From the NCBI GenBank assembly GCA_046703965.1, contig JBJKSR010000010.1:1-24602 (forward strand): a DNA stretch of 24,602 bases, given 5' to 3'. Below the pieces are notes generated by a model. It had not been told where the DNA came from, made no database searches, and worked only from the letters and a program-made list of their open reading frames with translations. This DNA is from Gammaproteobacteria bacterium (GTDB lineage Bacteria; Pseudomonadota; Gammaproteobacteria; JAKDMP01). This document shows, in pieces, positions 8,247 through 16,158 of this stretch; positions within the stretch are counted from its first letter, which is position 1, and every line of letters starts with the position of its first letter. A program made the translations under genes and the position numbers.

Positions 8247-10496
8247 TCATTGTAGCGTCTTTGCCCGGGGCATCCTATCCCCGCCGGAGGGGGCTTTCAA
8301 GCTCTCGTGCATGCTGGCCGGAGCCGGTGGCCGGATGATCCGCCGCCCGTAGTTCACGCACCGGGTGTAGGACCCGTCGATGTCAAGCGGGTTCTCCTTG
8401 CAGTGATATTTCCCGAGCGGGAGGTGGAGTCCGTTCAGTTCGATGTCCGGAGACGGCGAAAAGCCGACGTAATGGGCCATCAGCTCGGCGCTGGTCCGCA
8501 ACGCGATATCCGGGGCCTTGAACCGGGCCCTGGCCGCTTGCCCGAGGCTGCCGAACGCCGGTTTTCCCTCGAGCTTGCGCCACGCGTTGTCGAGCGCAAG
8601 CCGGATCGAGCGGCGGCGGGCCAGGGCCGCCTTGCGCCGGTCAAAATCAAATGACACGGCCTTGCGGTCCGCCCCTTGTCTCTCCACGGCCAATTCATGT
8701 TCGTAGAGCCTGAATCCGTCGGTGTTCCGCAGTTTGTCGTCATAAAAGCGCTTCAGCTTCTTGATAGCGGGGCGCAGGTCCCCATCTGGCGTGGGGTGCT
8801 TGACCGGCGATACCGTCTTCCAGGGCAGAGCGTTGGAGTATTCCGCTTCCCCCTGGGGGCCGGCATTGTTGCTGGCGTCCGGGATGTCGATGTCGGGCCG
8901 TATTCCCCGCCGCTGCGGGCTGGACCCGTTCAGCCCGAAATAGTGTGCCACGGTCAGCTTGACAGCACCGGCCTCGCGGCCCTGGAGCGGAATGAGAGTC
9001 TGGATCGTGCCCTTGCCCCAGGTGCGCGCTCCCATGACGATGGCACGGCCGTAGTCGTGAAGCGTGCTGGTCAGAATCTCTGCGGCGGACGCGGTGAAAT
9101 GGTTGGTCAGCACACCCAACGGGCCGCGCCAGACGGGGACGCTGCCCACGGGGGTGGACAGGGTCCGGATATGGCCGGCGGCGTTCTCCACCTGGATGAC
9201 CGGACCCCGGGGAATGAACAGTCCGGCAAGCGCGAGCGCCTGCCGCACGGACCCTCCGCGGTCATTCCGCAGGTCGAGGATGACCGCGGACACCCCTTCC
9301 GTCTTCAGCAACCGGAGGAGGTAGCGCACGTCGCCGGATACATCCGGCGACCTGGCGCGGCGCGCGGCACCCGGACCCAGCTCGGCATAGATGGAGGGAA
9401 CGCGGATCACGCCTATCTTGTACTGCAATGTCTTCACCCGGCCCGGCACGATGTAGGCGCTGGCCCGTCCGGCATCCATTCCGATGGCGGCCCGGGTCAG
9501 GCTGATACTTGCCGCCTTGCCATCCGCCGGTTCGCCGGCACGCAGGACGAGCAGGCTCAGAGGGCTTCCCGGTGGCCCGTGCAGCGCGTCCGCGATGTCC
9601 GCCAGCCGCCAGGCCATGACGTCCCGGCCGCCGATACCCACTATGCGGTCGCCCGGCCGCAAGCCGTGGGCCCCGGCCGCGGGGCTGCCGGGGACGGTGC
9701 CGGTGACCGTCGCATAGCCCTGGCGCTCGGCCAGGCGAACACCGATTCCGTCGCCCCGCAGGTCCGTCCGGTCCTCGAACTGCCGGGCCCGGAGCGGGGA
9801 GAAATAGTCGCTGTGGGGATCCAGTGCCCGCAGGCAGGCGTCCATGAACCGATCGAAGATCGTGGCGCTTCGCGTGGCCTGCACCCGGTCCAGCCGGTGC
9901 CGGTAGCGAGCCTCCAGAACGCTCGTCGCGGTCTTGCGGCTCTCGCCGCCGAGACGGAGGGCCAGGAGCTCGTTCGCGATGCGTTTGCGCCAGTGTTGGT
10001 CGAGCGCCGCGGTGTCGGCCGGGGGCATCGTCGATGGCCCGGGGGCGTAGGTTCCGCTGGGCAACGGGCGGGGCTTGCCGTCGAGCACTCCCAGTGCGCG
10101 GCCGATACGCTCCCGCACCTGGTCCCGGTAGCGAGCGTAAATGGCGAAGGCCGGACCCAGGTCCCCCCGCCTCGCGTCGGCCAGGAGCGTACCGCCGAAC
10201 TTTTTTTCCAGGCCGTTGATTTGCCCGCGGGTGAAATAGATGTGGCCGGGGTCGAGGGTATCGATGTATCGGGCCAGTATCCGGTGCGAGAGATCGGAGT
10301 AGGTTGCGAGGGGCGGATAGTGCTCGCGGTCCACGACCTTCATGACGGCCCGGGCAATCCCGGACTGCGCAGGCAGCGGTACCAGGGCCGTCCGGGCCGG
10401 GGGCGCGCCCGCGGCGATCGCCGGGACGGCGGCAGCCGACAGCAGGGTTGCCGCAAGCAGGAGGAATCGGGTTTCAGGCGTGGGGATCGATGGCAT
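8247..10496 (-). CDS. Second, diverged Prc/Tsp-type S41A protease (paralog 2), 749 aa
   Basis: Signal peptide MPSIPTPETRFLLLAATLLSAAAVPAIAA; LDPGHIYF, LDPHSDYFSP, DGIGVRL, GDRIVGI, DLRNDRGGS, FTASAAEIL..LHDYGRA, TWGKGTIQ, GAVKLTVAHYFGLNGSSPQRRGIRPDI. Colinear with paralog 1 over its full length. The ORF-track extension to 11300 overlaps pckG and is not credible. Confidence 0.88.
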   Translation of the reverse strand: MPSIPTPETRFLLLAATLLSAAAVPAIAAGAPPARTALVPLPAQSGIARAVMKVVDREHYPPLATYSDLSHRILARYIDTLDPGHIYFTRGQINGLEKKFGGTLLADARRGDLGPAFAIYARYRDQVRERIGRALGVLDGKPRPLPSGTYAPGPSTMPPADTAALDQHWRKRIANELLALRLGGESRKTATSVLEARYRHRLDRVQATRSATIFDRFMDACLRALDPHSDYFSPLRARQFEDRTDLRGDGIGVRLAERQGYATVTGTVPGSPAAGAHGLRPGDRIVGIGGRDVMAWRLADIADALHGPPGSPLSLLVLRAGEPADGKAASISLTRAAIGMDAGRASAYIVPGRVKTLQYKIGVIRVPSIYAELGPGAARRARSPDVSGDVRYLLRLLKTEGVSAVILDLRNDRGGSVRQALALAGLFIPRGPVIQVENAAGHIRTLSTPVGSVPVWRGPLGVLTNHFTASAAEILTSTLHDYGRAIVMGARTWGKGTIQTLIPLQGREAGAVKLTVAHYFGLNGSSPQRRGIRPDIDIPDASNNAGPQGEAEYSNALPWKTVSPVKHPTPDGDLRPAIKKLKRFYDDKLRNTDGFRLYEHELAVERQGADRKAVSFDFDRRKAALARRRSIRLALDNAWRKLEGKPAFGSLGQAARARFKAPDIALRTSAELMAHYVGFSPSPDIELNGLHLPLGKYHCKENPLDIDGSYTRCVNYGRRIIRPPAPASMHESLKAPSGGDRMPRAKTLQ

Positions 10497-10552
10497 CGCG
10501 ATGCCGCTGCGGCCCGGGGCGTTGCGTCCCCGGGCCGCCGGGTGCGGCACGG

Positions 10553-12298
10553 TTATTTGCCGAGTGCATCCACGATGCGCTGGTGTTCGGCCGTAAGCCG
10601 CTCGGGGATGCGCTCGCCGTATTGCTCGAAGTATTCCGCGATGGCGGCGTATTCCTCGCGCCATTCCGCGGGATCGATGCTGAGCAGCTTTTCCATGGTC
10701 TCGCCGGAGAGTCCGAGATCGCTGCCGTGCAGTTCGCCGACCCGGGGGATGAAGCCGACGGGTGTTTCCTGCGCTTCGCCGCGGCCCTCGCAGCGTTCCA
10801 GGATCCAGCGCAGTACGCGCAGGTTCTCGCCGAACCCGGGCCACAGGAACGTTCCGTCCTCGCCCTTGCGGAACCAGTTGACGTGGAAGATGCCGGGGGC
10901 CTTCGAGGCCCGGTCGCCCACCGTCATCCAGTACCCCCAATAGTCGGCGAAGTTGTAGCCGCAGAACGGCTTCATCGCCATCGGGTCGCGGCGCACGGCG
11001 CCGACCTTGCCGGCCGCCGCAGCCGTGGTCTCGGACGCCATGCCGGCACCGACAAGGACGCCGTGGTTCCAGCTCTTGGCCTCGTAGACCAGCGGCGCCA
11101 GGTGCGCGCGCCGCCCGCCGAACAGGATCGCCGAGATCGGCACGCCGTGCGGATCCTCCGCCTTGTCCGAGTAGCTCGGGTTCTGGCTGGCCGCGACGGT
11201 GAAGCGGGAATTGGGGTGGGCCGCCGGGCCGTTGGCGGGATCGTAGGGGCGGCCCTGCCAGTCGGTGACCGGCTCGCCGTCTTTCTTGCCTTCCCACCAC
11301 GGTTCGTTGTCCGCGGTCACGGCCACGTTGGTGAAAATGGTGTTCCTGTGGATTGTTTCGTAGGCGTTTTTATTGGTCTTCTTGTTGGTGCCCGGTACCA
11401 CGCCGAAGTATCCGGCCTCCGGGTTGATGGCCCACAACCGCCCGTCCTCGCCCACGTGCAGCCAGGCGATGTCGTCGCCCACGGTCCAGACCTTCCAGCC
11501 CTGCATCTCCCCCGGCGGGATCAACATGGCGAGATTGGTCTTGCCGCAGGCCGATGGGAAGGCGGCCGCGACGTAGCGGGTTTCCCCTTCGGGACTCTGG
11601 ATGCCCACGATAAGCATGTGCTCGGCGAGCCAGCCCTCGTCGCGCGCTTGCCAGCTCGCGATGCGCAGGGCATGGCACTTCTTGCCGAGCAGGGCGTTGC
11701 CCCCGTAGCCCGAGCCGATGCTCTTGATCGTGCGCTCCTCGGGGAAGTGCATGATGAATCGCCGGTCCGGCGAAAGATCGCCCATCGAATGCAGGGCCTT
11801 CACGAAAGGCTCACCCGCCTCGATGCGCTTCAGCGCAGCGGTGCCCATGCGGGTCATGATCTTCATGTTCGCCGCCACGTAGGCGCTGTCGGTGATCTCT
11901 ACGCCCAGGCGCGCGTGCGGCGAGGTGATGGGCCCCATGCAGTAGGGCAGTACGTACATGGTGCGCCCCCGCATGGCCCCGTCGAACAGTCCGTCGAGCT
12001 TGGCATGGGCCTCCTGCGGGTCCATCCAGTGGTTGTTGGGTCCCGCATCCTCGCGTTCACGCGAGCAGATGAAGGTGAGGTGTTCCACGCGGGCGACGTC
12101 GGAGGGATCGGATCGGTGAAGGTAGCATCCGGGGTAGGTGTCCTGGTTGAGTTCCAGAAGGGTGCCGTCGGCGAGCATCTCCTGGATCAGCGTCTGGTAT
12201 TCCTCTTCGCTGCCGTTGCACCACTGGATGCGCGCGGGCTGCGTCAGGCGGGCGACTTCATCCACCCACTCGGAAAGTGCACGATTGCTTGTCGTCAT
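10553..12298 (-). CDS. pckG: Phosphoenolpyruvate carboxykinase (GTP-dependent)
   Basis: DVARVEHLTFIC, SGYGGNALLGKKCHALRIAS, WLAEHMLI, FPSACGKTNLAM (P-loop), VGDDIAW, AINPEAGYFGVVPGT, AHPNSRF, FGGRR, RRDPMAMKPFCGYN, VNWFRK, WPGFGENLRVL; 581 aa from ATG 12298. Confidence 0.97.
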   Translation of the reverse strand: MTTSNRALSEWVDEVARLTQPARIQWCNGSEEEYQTLIQEMLADGTLLELNQDTYPGCYLHRSDPSDVARVEHLTFICSREREDAGPNNHWMDPQEAHAKLDGLFDGAMRGRTMYVLPYCMGPITSPHARLGVEITDSAYVAANMKIMTRMGTAALKRIEAGEPFVKALHSMGDLSPDRRFIMHFPEERTIKSIGSGYGGNALLGKKCHALRIASWQARDEGWLAEHMLIVGIQSPEGETRYVAAAFPSACGKTNLAMLIPPGEMQGWKVWTVGDDIAWLHVGEDGRLWAINPEAGYFGVVPGTNKKTNKNAYETIHRNTIFTNVAVTADNEPWWEGKKDGEPVTDWQGRPYDPANGPAAHPNSRFTVAASQNPSYSDKAEDPHGVPISAILFGGRRAHLAPLVYEAKSWNHGVLVGAGMASETTAAAAGKVGAVRRDPMAMKPFCGYNFADYWGYWMTVGDRASKAPGIFHVNWFRKGEDGTFLWPGFGENLRVLRWILERCEGRGEAQETPVGFIPRVGELHGSDLGLSGETMEKLLSIDPAEWREEYAAIAEYFEQYGERIPERLTAEHQRIVDALGK

Positions 12299-12329
12299 TG
12301 CTACCGGTTCCTGCTGCAAGTTGAATAAC

Positions 12330-12358
12330 CTCTGAAAATCGAAAGTGGTGTTTCAGAG
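12330..12358. promoter_or_regulatory. 8-bp inverted repeat in the AT-rich region upstream of pckG
   Basis: CTCTGAAA (12330-12337)-N13-TTTCAGAG (12351-12358), about 30 nt upstream of the pckG ATG. Confidence 0.4.
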
Positions 12359-12519
12359 TTGAAAAGTTGGGGCATGTTGCGGGCCGGGCGCCTCGTCGGC
12401 GTGCGTGTGTACGGTCCGGGGCGGCCGCCCGGGGCCGCCGGCGGCTTACGATCCTGCCAACACACGATAATTGGCCCGTAAAGTCTCCTAATTATACGCT
12501 TGCAGTACCATTGGTTGCC

Positions 12520-14424
12520 ATGAAGTTGTCCGATCGCGTCGAATCGAGCCTGGGTCCGGACGGCGTATTTGTTCGCCAGGTACCCGGGTTTGAGCCGCGC
12601 GGGATGCAACTCGAGTTCGCCAGAGGCGTCGCGGACGCGATCGAGACGGGGGGCAGCCTGATTGCGGAGGCCGGCACCGGGACCGGCAAGACGTTTGCCT
12701 ACCTGGTGCCGATCCTGCTCGCGGGGCGGCGTGCGGTGATCGCCACTGCCACCCGGGCCCTGCAGGACCAGCTCTACGAACACGACCTGCCGGTCGTAGC
12801 GCGGGCCCTCGGGCGGCCGCTCGACGTCACCGTGCTCAAGGGCAGGACCAACTACCTCTGCCGCGAGCGCCTCAATCAGTTCCAGCCGGAATTGCTCCAG
12901 GATGAGCCGTTCGATCCGGAGGCGATACGGCTCTGGGAACGCACGACGGCCACGGGCGACCTGGCGGAACTGCCGGAACTGGCCGAGAGTGGGGCGCTCC
13001 GGACACGCCTGACCACCGACCGCCACGGCTGTCCCGGCGGCAGTTGCCCCGAATATGCCGGTTGCCACCTCTACCGCGCGCGGCAAAAGGCAAAGGAAGC
13101 CGACGTCGTCATCGTCAATCATCACTTGCTGCTGGCGGACCAGGCGCTGCAGGCCGAGGGCTTCTCATTGCTTGGCGACGCCGGCGTGGTCGTCGTCGAC
13201 GAGGCGCATGCCCTGCCGGATACGGCGCGCACGGTATGGGGCGAGAGCGTGTCCTTCAAACAGCTCGACGCCCTGGCCAGGGCGGCCGGCAAGGTACTGG
13301 CGGGACAAAGCGGATCGGCGAGTGCCTTGCAGACGGCCGTGGCACAGCCGTTTCCCCCGGGGCCGGGCAGCTACCCGCGGGAGGCAGGCGGGGATGACTT
13401 CGAGAAGCGTCTGGGTGACATCGAGGCATCGCTTGCCGGGCTGGATCGGGAGCTGGAGGAGGCCGGTTATGGCGACGACGAACTGCGGAGGCGACTGCGG
13501 GCCCTGCGGGCGGGACTCGAGGTCTGGCTGGCCGGCAGCCGGCCGGAAGAGGGCGGCAAAGCCGTTTCCTGCGCCGTGGAAACCGGAGAGCAGGGCGCGG
13601 TGACCCTTACCTTGCGTCTGCTCGAGACCGGCGACACCTTCGCCGACTGGATCCGCCGCAGCGAGGCAAGCTGGATATTCAGCTCCGCCACCCTGGCCGT
13701 GGGCGACGATTTCAGTGTCTTTGCCCACGATATGGGACTGGATTCACCGCGTACGCTTCAGGTCGGCAGTTCGTTCGACTACGCGGCGCGGGCGCGGCTG
13801 TACCTGCCGCCGGACATGCCGTCGGTGGATTCCGCCGGGTACCTGGAGGCCCTCCTGGACGCGGCCGAGCCGCTGCTGGCGGCCAGTGCGGGCGGCGCGT
13901 TTTTCCTCTTCACCAGCCGCCGCGCGCTGCGCCGCGCGGCCGAGCTGGTCCGTCGGCGCGACTGGCCCCAAGCGTTGTTCGTCCAGGGCGAAGGCCCAAG
14001 GGCACGTCAACTGGAGGCCTTCCGTGCGGCACGCAACGGGATCCTGCTCGGTACCCGCAGCTTCTGGGAAGGCGTCGACGTCAAGGGCGAAGCGCTGGTG
14101 CTGGTGGTCATCGACCGTCTGCCGTTCGCGTCGCCGGGGGATCCGCTGCTGGAAGCGCGCATCAAGCGCTGCCGCGCCGCGGGCGGCAATCCTTTCCGCG
14201 ACATCCAGTTGCCGGCCGCCGTGATGGCGCTGAAGCAGGGGGCCGGCCGACTGATACGCGACGGCAACGATTACGGGGTGCTCATGATCGGCGATCCGCG
14301 CCTGCAGGTGCGCCACTATCGCAAGCGGTTCCTGGACAGTCTGCCGCCCATGCCCATCGTGCGTGACGGGGACGAGGCCGCGGCGTTCCTGGGGCGCAGG
14401 GCGGAGGTATCGGCATGCGCCTGA
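12520..14424 (+). CDS. yoaA: DinG/YoaA-family Fe-S ATP-dependent DNA helicase
   Basis: Q-motif region FEPRGMQ, Walker A EAGTGTGKTFAYLVP, KGRTNYLC plus CPGGSC...GC (four Fe-S Cys), VVDEAH, SATL, FTS, SFWEGVDV, DRLPF, KQGAGRLIR. 634 aa from ATG 12520; overlaps tsaB as in the conserved yoaA-tsaB pair. Confidence 0.9.
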   Translation: MKLSDRVESSLGPDGVFVRQVPGFEPRGMQLEFARGVADAIETGGSLIAEAGTGTGKTFAYLVPILLAGRRAVIATATRALQDQLYEHDLPVVARALGRPLDVTVLKGRTNYLCRERLNQFQPELLQDEPFDPEAIRLWERTTATGDLAELPELAESGALRTRLTTDRHGCPGGSCPEYAGCHLYRARQKAKEADVVIVNHHLLLADQALQAEGFSLLGDAGVVVVDEAHALPDTARTVWGESVSFKQLDALARAAGKVLAGQSGSASALQTAVAQPFPPGPGSYPREAGGDDFEKRLGDIEASLAGLDRELEEAGYGDDELRRRLRALRAGLEVWLAGSRPEEGGKAVSCAVETGEQGAVTLTLRLLETGDTFADWIRRSEASWIFSSATLAVGDDFSVFAHDMGLDSPRTLQVGSSFDYAARARLYLPPDMPSVDSAGYLEALLDAAEPLLAASAGGAFFLFTSRRALRRAAELVRRRDWPQALFVQGEGPRARQLEAFRAARNGILLGTRSFWEGVDVKGEALVLVVIDRLPFASPGDPLLEARIKRCRAAGGNPFRDIQLPAAVMALKQGAGRLIRDGNDYGVLMIGDPRLQVRHYRKRFLDSLPPMPIVRDGDEAAAFLGRRAEVSACA

Positions 14425-15143
14425 TCGCAATCGATACCGCCACGGCGGAGCCCGGCCTGTGCCTGCGTGACGGATCGCGAGTCCTCGGGACCTGGCGGGG
14501 CCCCCCGCGCAGCGGGCCGGGACCGGTCCTGGACGCACTGCACGACCTGCTGGCGTCGGCCGGGATGGATCTCGACGCGCTCGACGGCATTGCCTTCGGG
14601 CGTGGCCCCGGGGGGTTCACCGGGGTTCGCCTCGGCGTTGCGCTGGCCCAGGGACTGGGTCTCGGGACGGGCCTGGCGCTGGTCCCCGTCTCCGACCTGG
14701 CGGCGCTGGCCTGGAACGCCGTACGCCGGCATGGTTGGACGCGCGTGCTGGCCTGCCTGGATGCGCGGCAGGGGGACGTGTATTGGGCGGCGTATACGCA
14801 TTCGCCCGGGGCGGGCCTGCAGTTGGAGGGCGTGGAGCGCATCGATGCGCAGCGGGCTTTCGCAGGCCCGGCCGGCGAGTGGGCATGGGCGGGCAGCGGC
14901 CTGCGGATGCTCGAACCGGGCACCGCCTCCGGGAATGCCGATCCGGCGCTGGCACCGGACGCGGAAGCCGTCGCCGAACTGGGCATGCAGGCGCTCGGCC
15001 GGGGCGAAACGCGGGTGCCGGCGGAAGCAATGCCGACCTATCTGAGGGAACGCGTGGCACGGCCCTCGCCGCGATACCGGCGACGCCGCGACACGCTGGG
15101 CCTAGACGGCGCCGGACCGGGCGGACGCCCTCCGATGCGCTAG
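14415..15143 (+). CDS. tsaB: tRNA threonylcarbamoyladenosine biosynthesis protein TsaB
   Basis: MRLIAIDTAT, AFGRGPGGFTGVRLG, VSDLAALA, CLDARQGDVY, PTYLR; start overlaps the yoaA end. Confidence 0.92.
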   Translation: MRLIAIDTATAEPGLCLRDGSRVLGTWRGPPRSGPGPVLDALHDLLASAGMDLDALDGIAFGRGPGGFTGVRLGVALAQGLGLGTGLALVPVSDLAALAWNAVRRHGWTRVLACLDARQGDVYWAAYTHSPGAGLQLEGVERIDAQRAFAGPAGEWAWAGSGLRMLEPGTASGNADPALAPDAEAVAELGMQALGRGETRVPAEAMPTYLRERVARPSPRYRRRRDTLGLDGAGPGGRPPMR

Positions 15144-15173
15144 TATGAAATCGGAAGCACAGGATGTCGCGCG

Positions 15174-15734
15174 GTGACTGTTGATCCCGAAAACCTGATC
15201 TGGATCGATCTGGAAATGACCGGGCTCGTCCCGGAACGGGATCGGATTATCGAGATCGCCACGTTGGTCACGGACAAGGAACTGAACGTGATCGCCACCG
15301 GCCCGGAGCTGGCGATCCACCAGGACGAGAGCGTTCTGGCAGGCATGGACGAATGGAACGTCGAGCACCATACCGGCTCCGGGCTCTATGCCCGCGTCCA
15401 GGCCAGCAGCGTAAGCGAGCGCGAAGCCGAGCAGGCCACGCTGGATTTTCTGCGCCTGCACGTGCCCGAACGGGCTTCCCCGATGTGCGGCAACACGATC
15501 TGCCAGGACCGGCGTTTCCTCGCGCGCTACATGCCCGAGCTCGAAGCCTTTTTCCATTACCGCCACGTCGACGTCAGCACGCTCAAGGAGCTCGCCAGGC
15601 GGTGGGCGCCGGCGGCGCTCGGGGGGCCGCAGAAGGAGAGTGCGCATCGCGCCCTGGCCGACATCGAGGAATCGGTTGCCGAACTGCGCCATTACCGGGC
15701 GCAGCTGTTTCGTCCCCAATACGGAGGCGATTGA
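15174..15734 (+). CDS. orn: Oligoribonuclease
   Basis: [44 protein letters not shown]...[28 protein letters not shown]; GTG start with AGGA at 15161-15164. Confidence 0.97.
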   Translation: MTVDPENLIWIDLEMTGLVPERDRIIEIATLVTDKELNVIATGPELAIHQDESVLAGMDEWNVEHHTGSGLYARVQASSVSEREAEQATLDFLRLHVPERASPMCGNTICQDRRFLARYMPELEAFFHYRHVDVSTLKELARRWAPAALGGPQKESAHRALADIEESVAELRHYRAQLFRPQYGGD

Positions 15735-15782
15735 GCGGCCGCGGCGGCGAACCGGGGGAGCCCGGCGCGGTTGCCAGGGTTG

Positions 15783-16133
15783 CTACGGCTGTTCGCCGGG
15801 TTTCACCGGGAGCCCGGCCTGGGCCCAGGCCAGCGTGCCGCCCAGGACGATGAATGCGCGGGGGAAGTGCTCGGACACGACGTCCGCTGCCTGCGCGGCG
15901 CGCTGGCCCGAGTGGCAGATGAAGTAGACCGGAGTGTCCGGGCCGTAGCCCGCGGCGGCGAGGCATTCCCGCAGCGCGGCCGGCGTGCACCGATCCAGCG
16001 TGAGCAACAGGGCGCCGTCGGCGTGCAGGGCCCGGTATTCCTCGGCCGTGCGGACGTCGATCAGCGCACAGCGCTCGCCGGCCGTGATACGTTTATGCAG
16101 CTCTTCGGCGTGAATCCGGTCGGGGCGGCTCAT
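15783..16133 (-). CDS. Single-domain rhodanese-like (sulfurtransferase) protein
   Basis: LIDVRTAEEY..LHADGA, active-site loop YFICHSGQRA, GGTLAWAQAGLPV; 116 aa (alternative in-frame ATG at 16145). Confidence 0.88.
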   Translation of the reverse strand: MSRPDRIHAEELHKRITAGERCALIDVRTAEEYRALHADGALLLTLDRCTPAALRECLAAAGYGPDTPVYFICHSGQRAAQAADVVSEHFPRAFIVLGGTLAWAQAGLPVKPGEQP

Positions 16134-16158
16134 GGTGCGCAACATTGGAGGTCGATTG

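Noticed and set aside
10590-10600. Additional GCCGTAAGCCG heptamer-like match inside pckG
   Set aside because: Only about 1.5 units, encoding ordinary residues (RLTA); compatible with chance.
10497-11300. 1017-aa ORF (8247-11300) suggesting a giant protease or a PckG-Prc frameshift fusion
   Set aside because: The upstream 268 codons are an Arg/Pro/Gly-rich alternative frame inside pckG. A clean signal peptide begins at ATG 10496, and stop-free alternative frames are expected at this GC.
6474-12328. Long plus-strand ORFs (528, 755, 626 aa) opposite the prc genes and pckG
   Set aside because: They mirror real genes codon for codon and have shadow-type composition with no domains.
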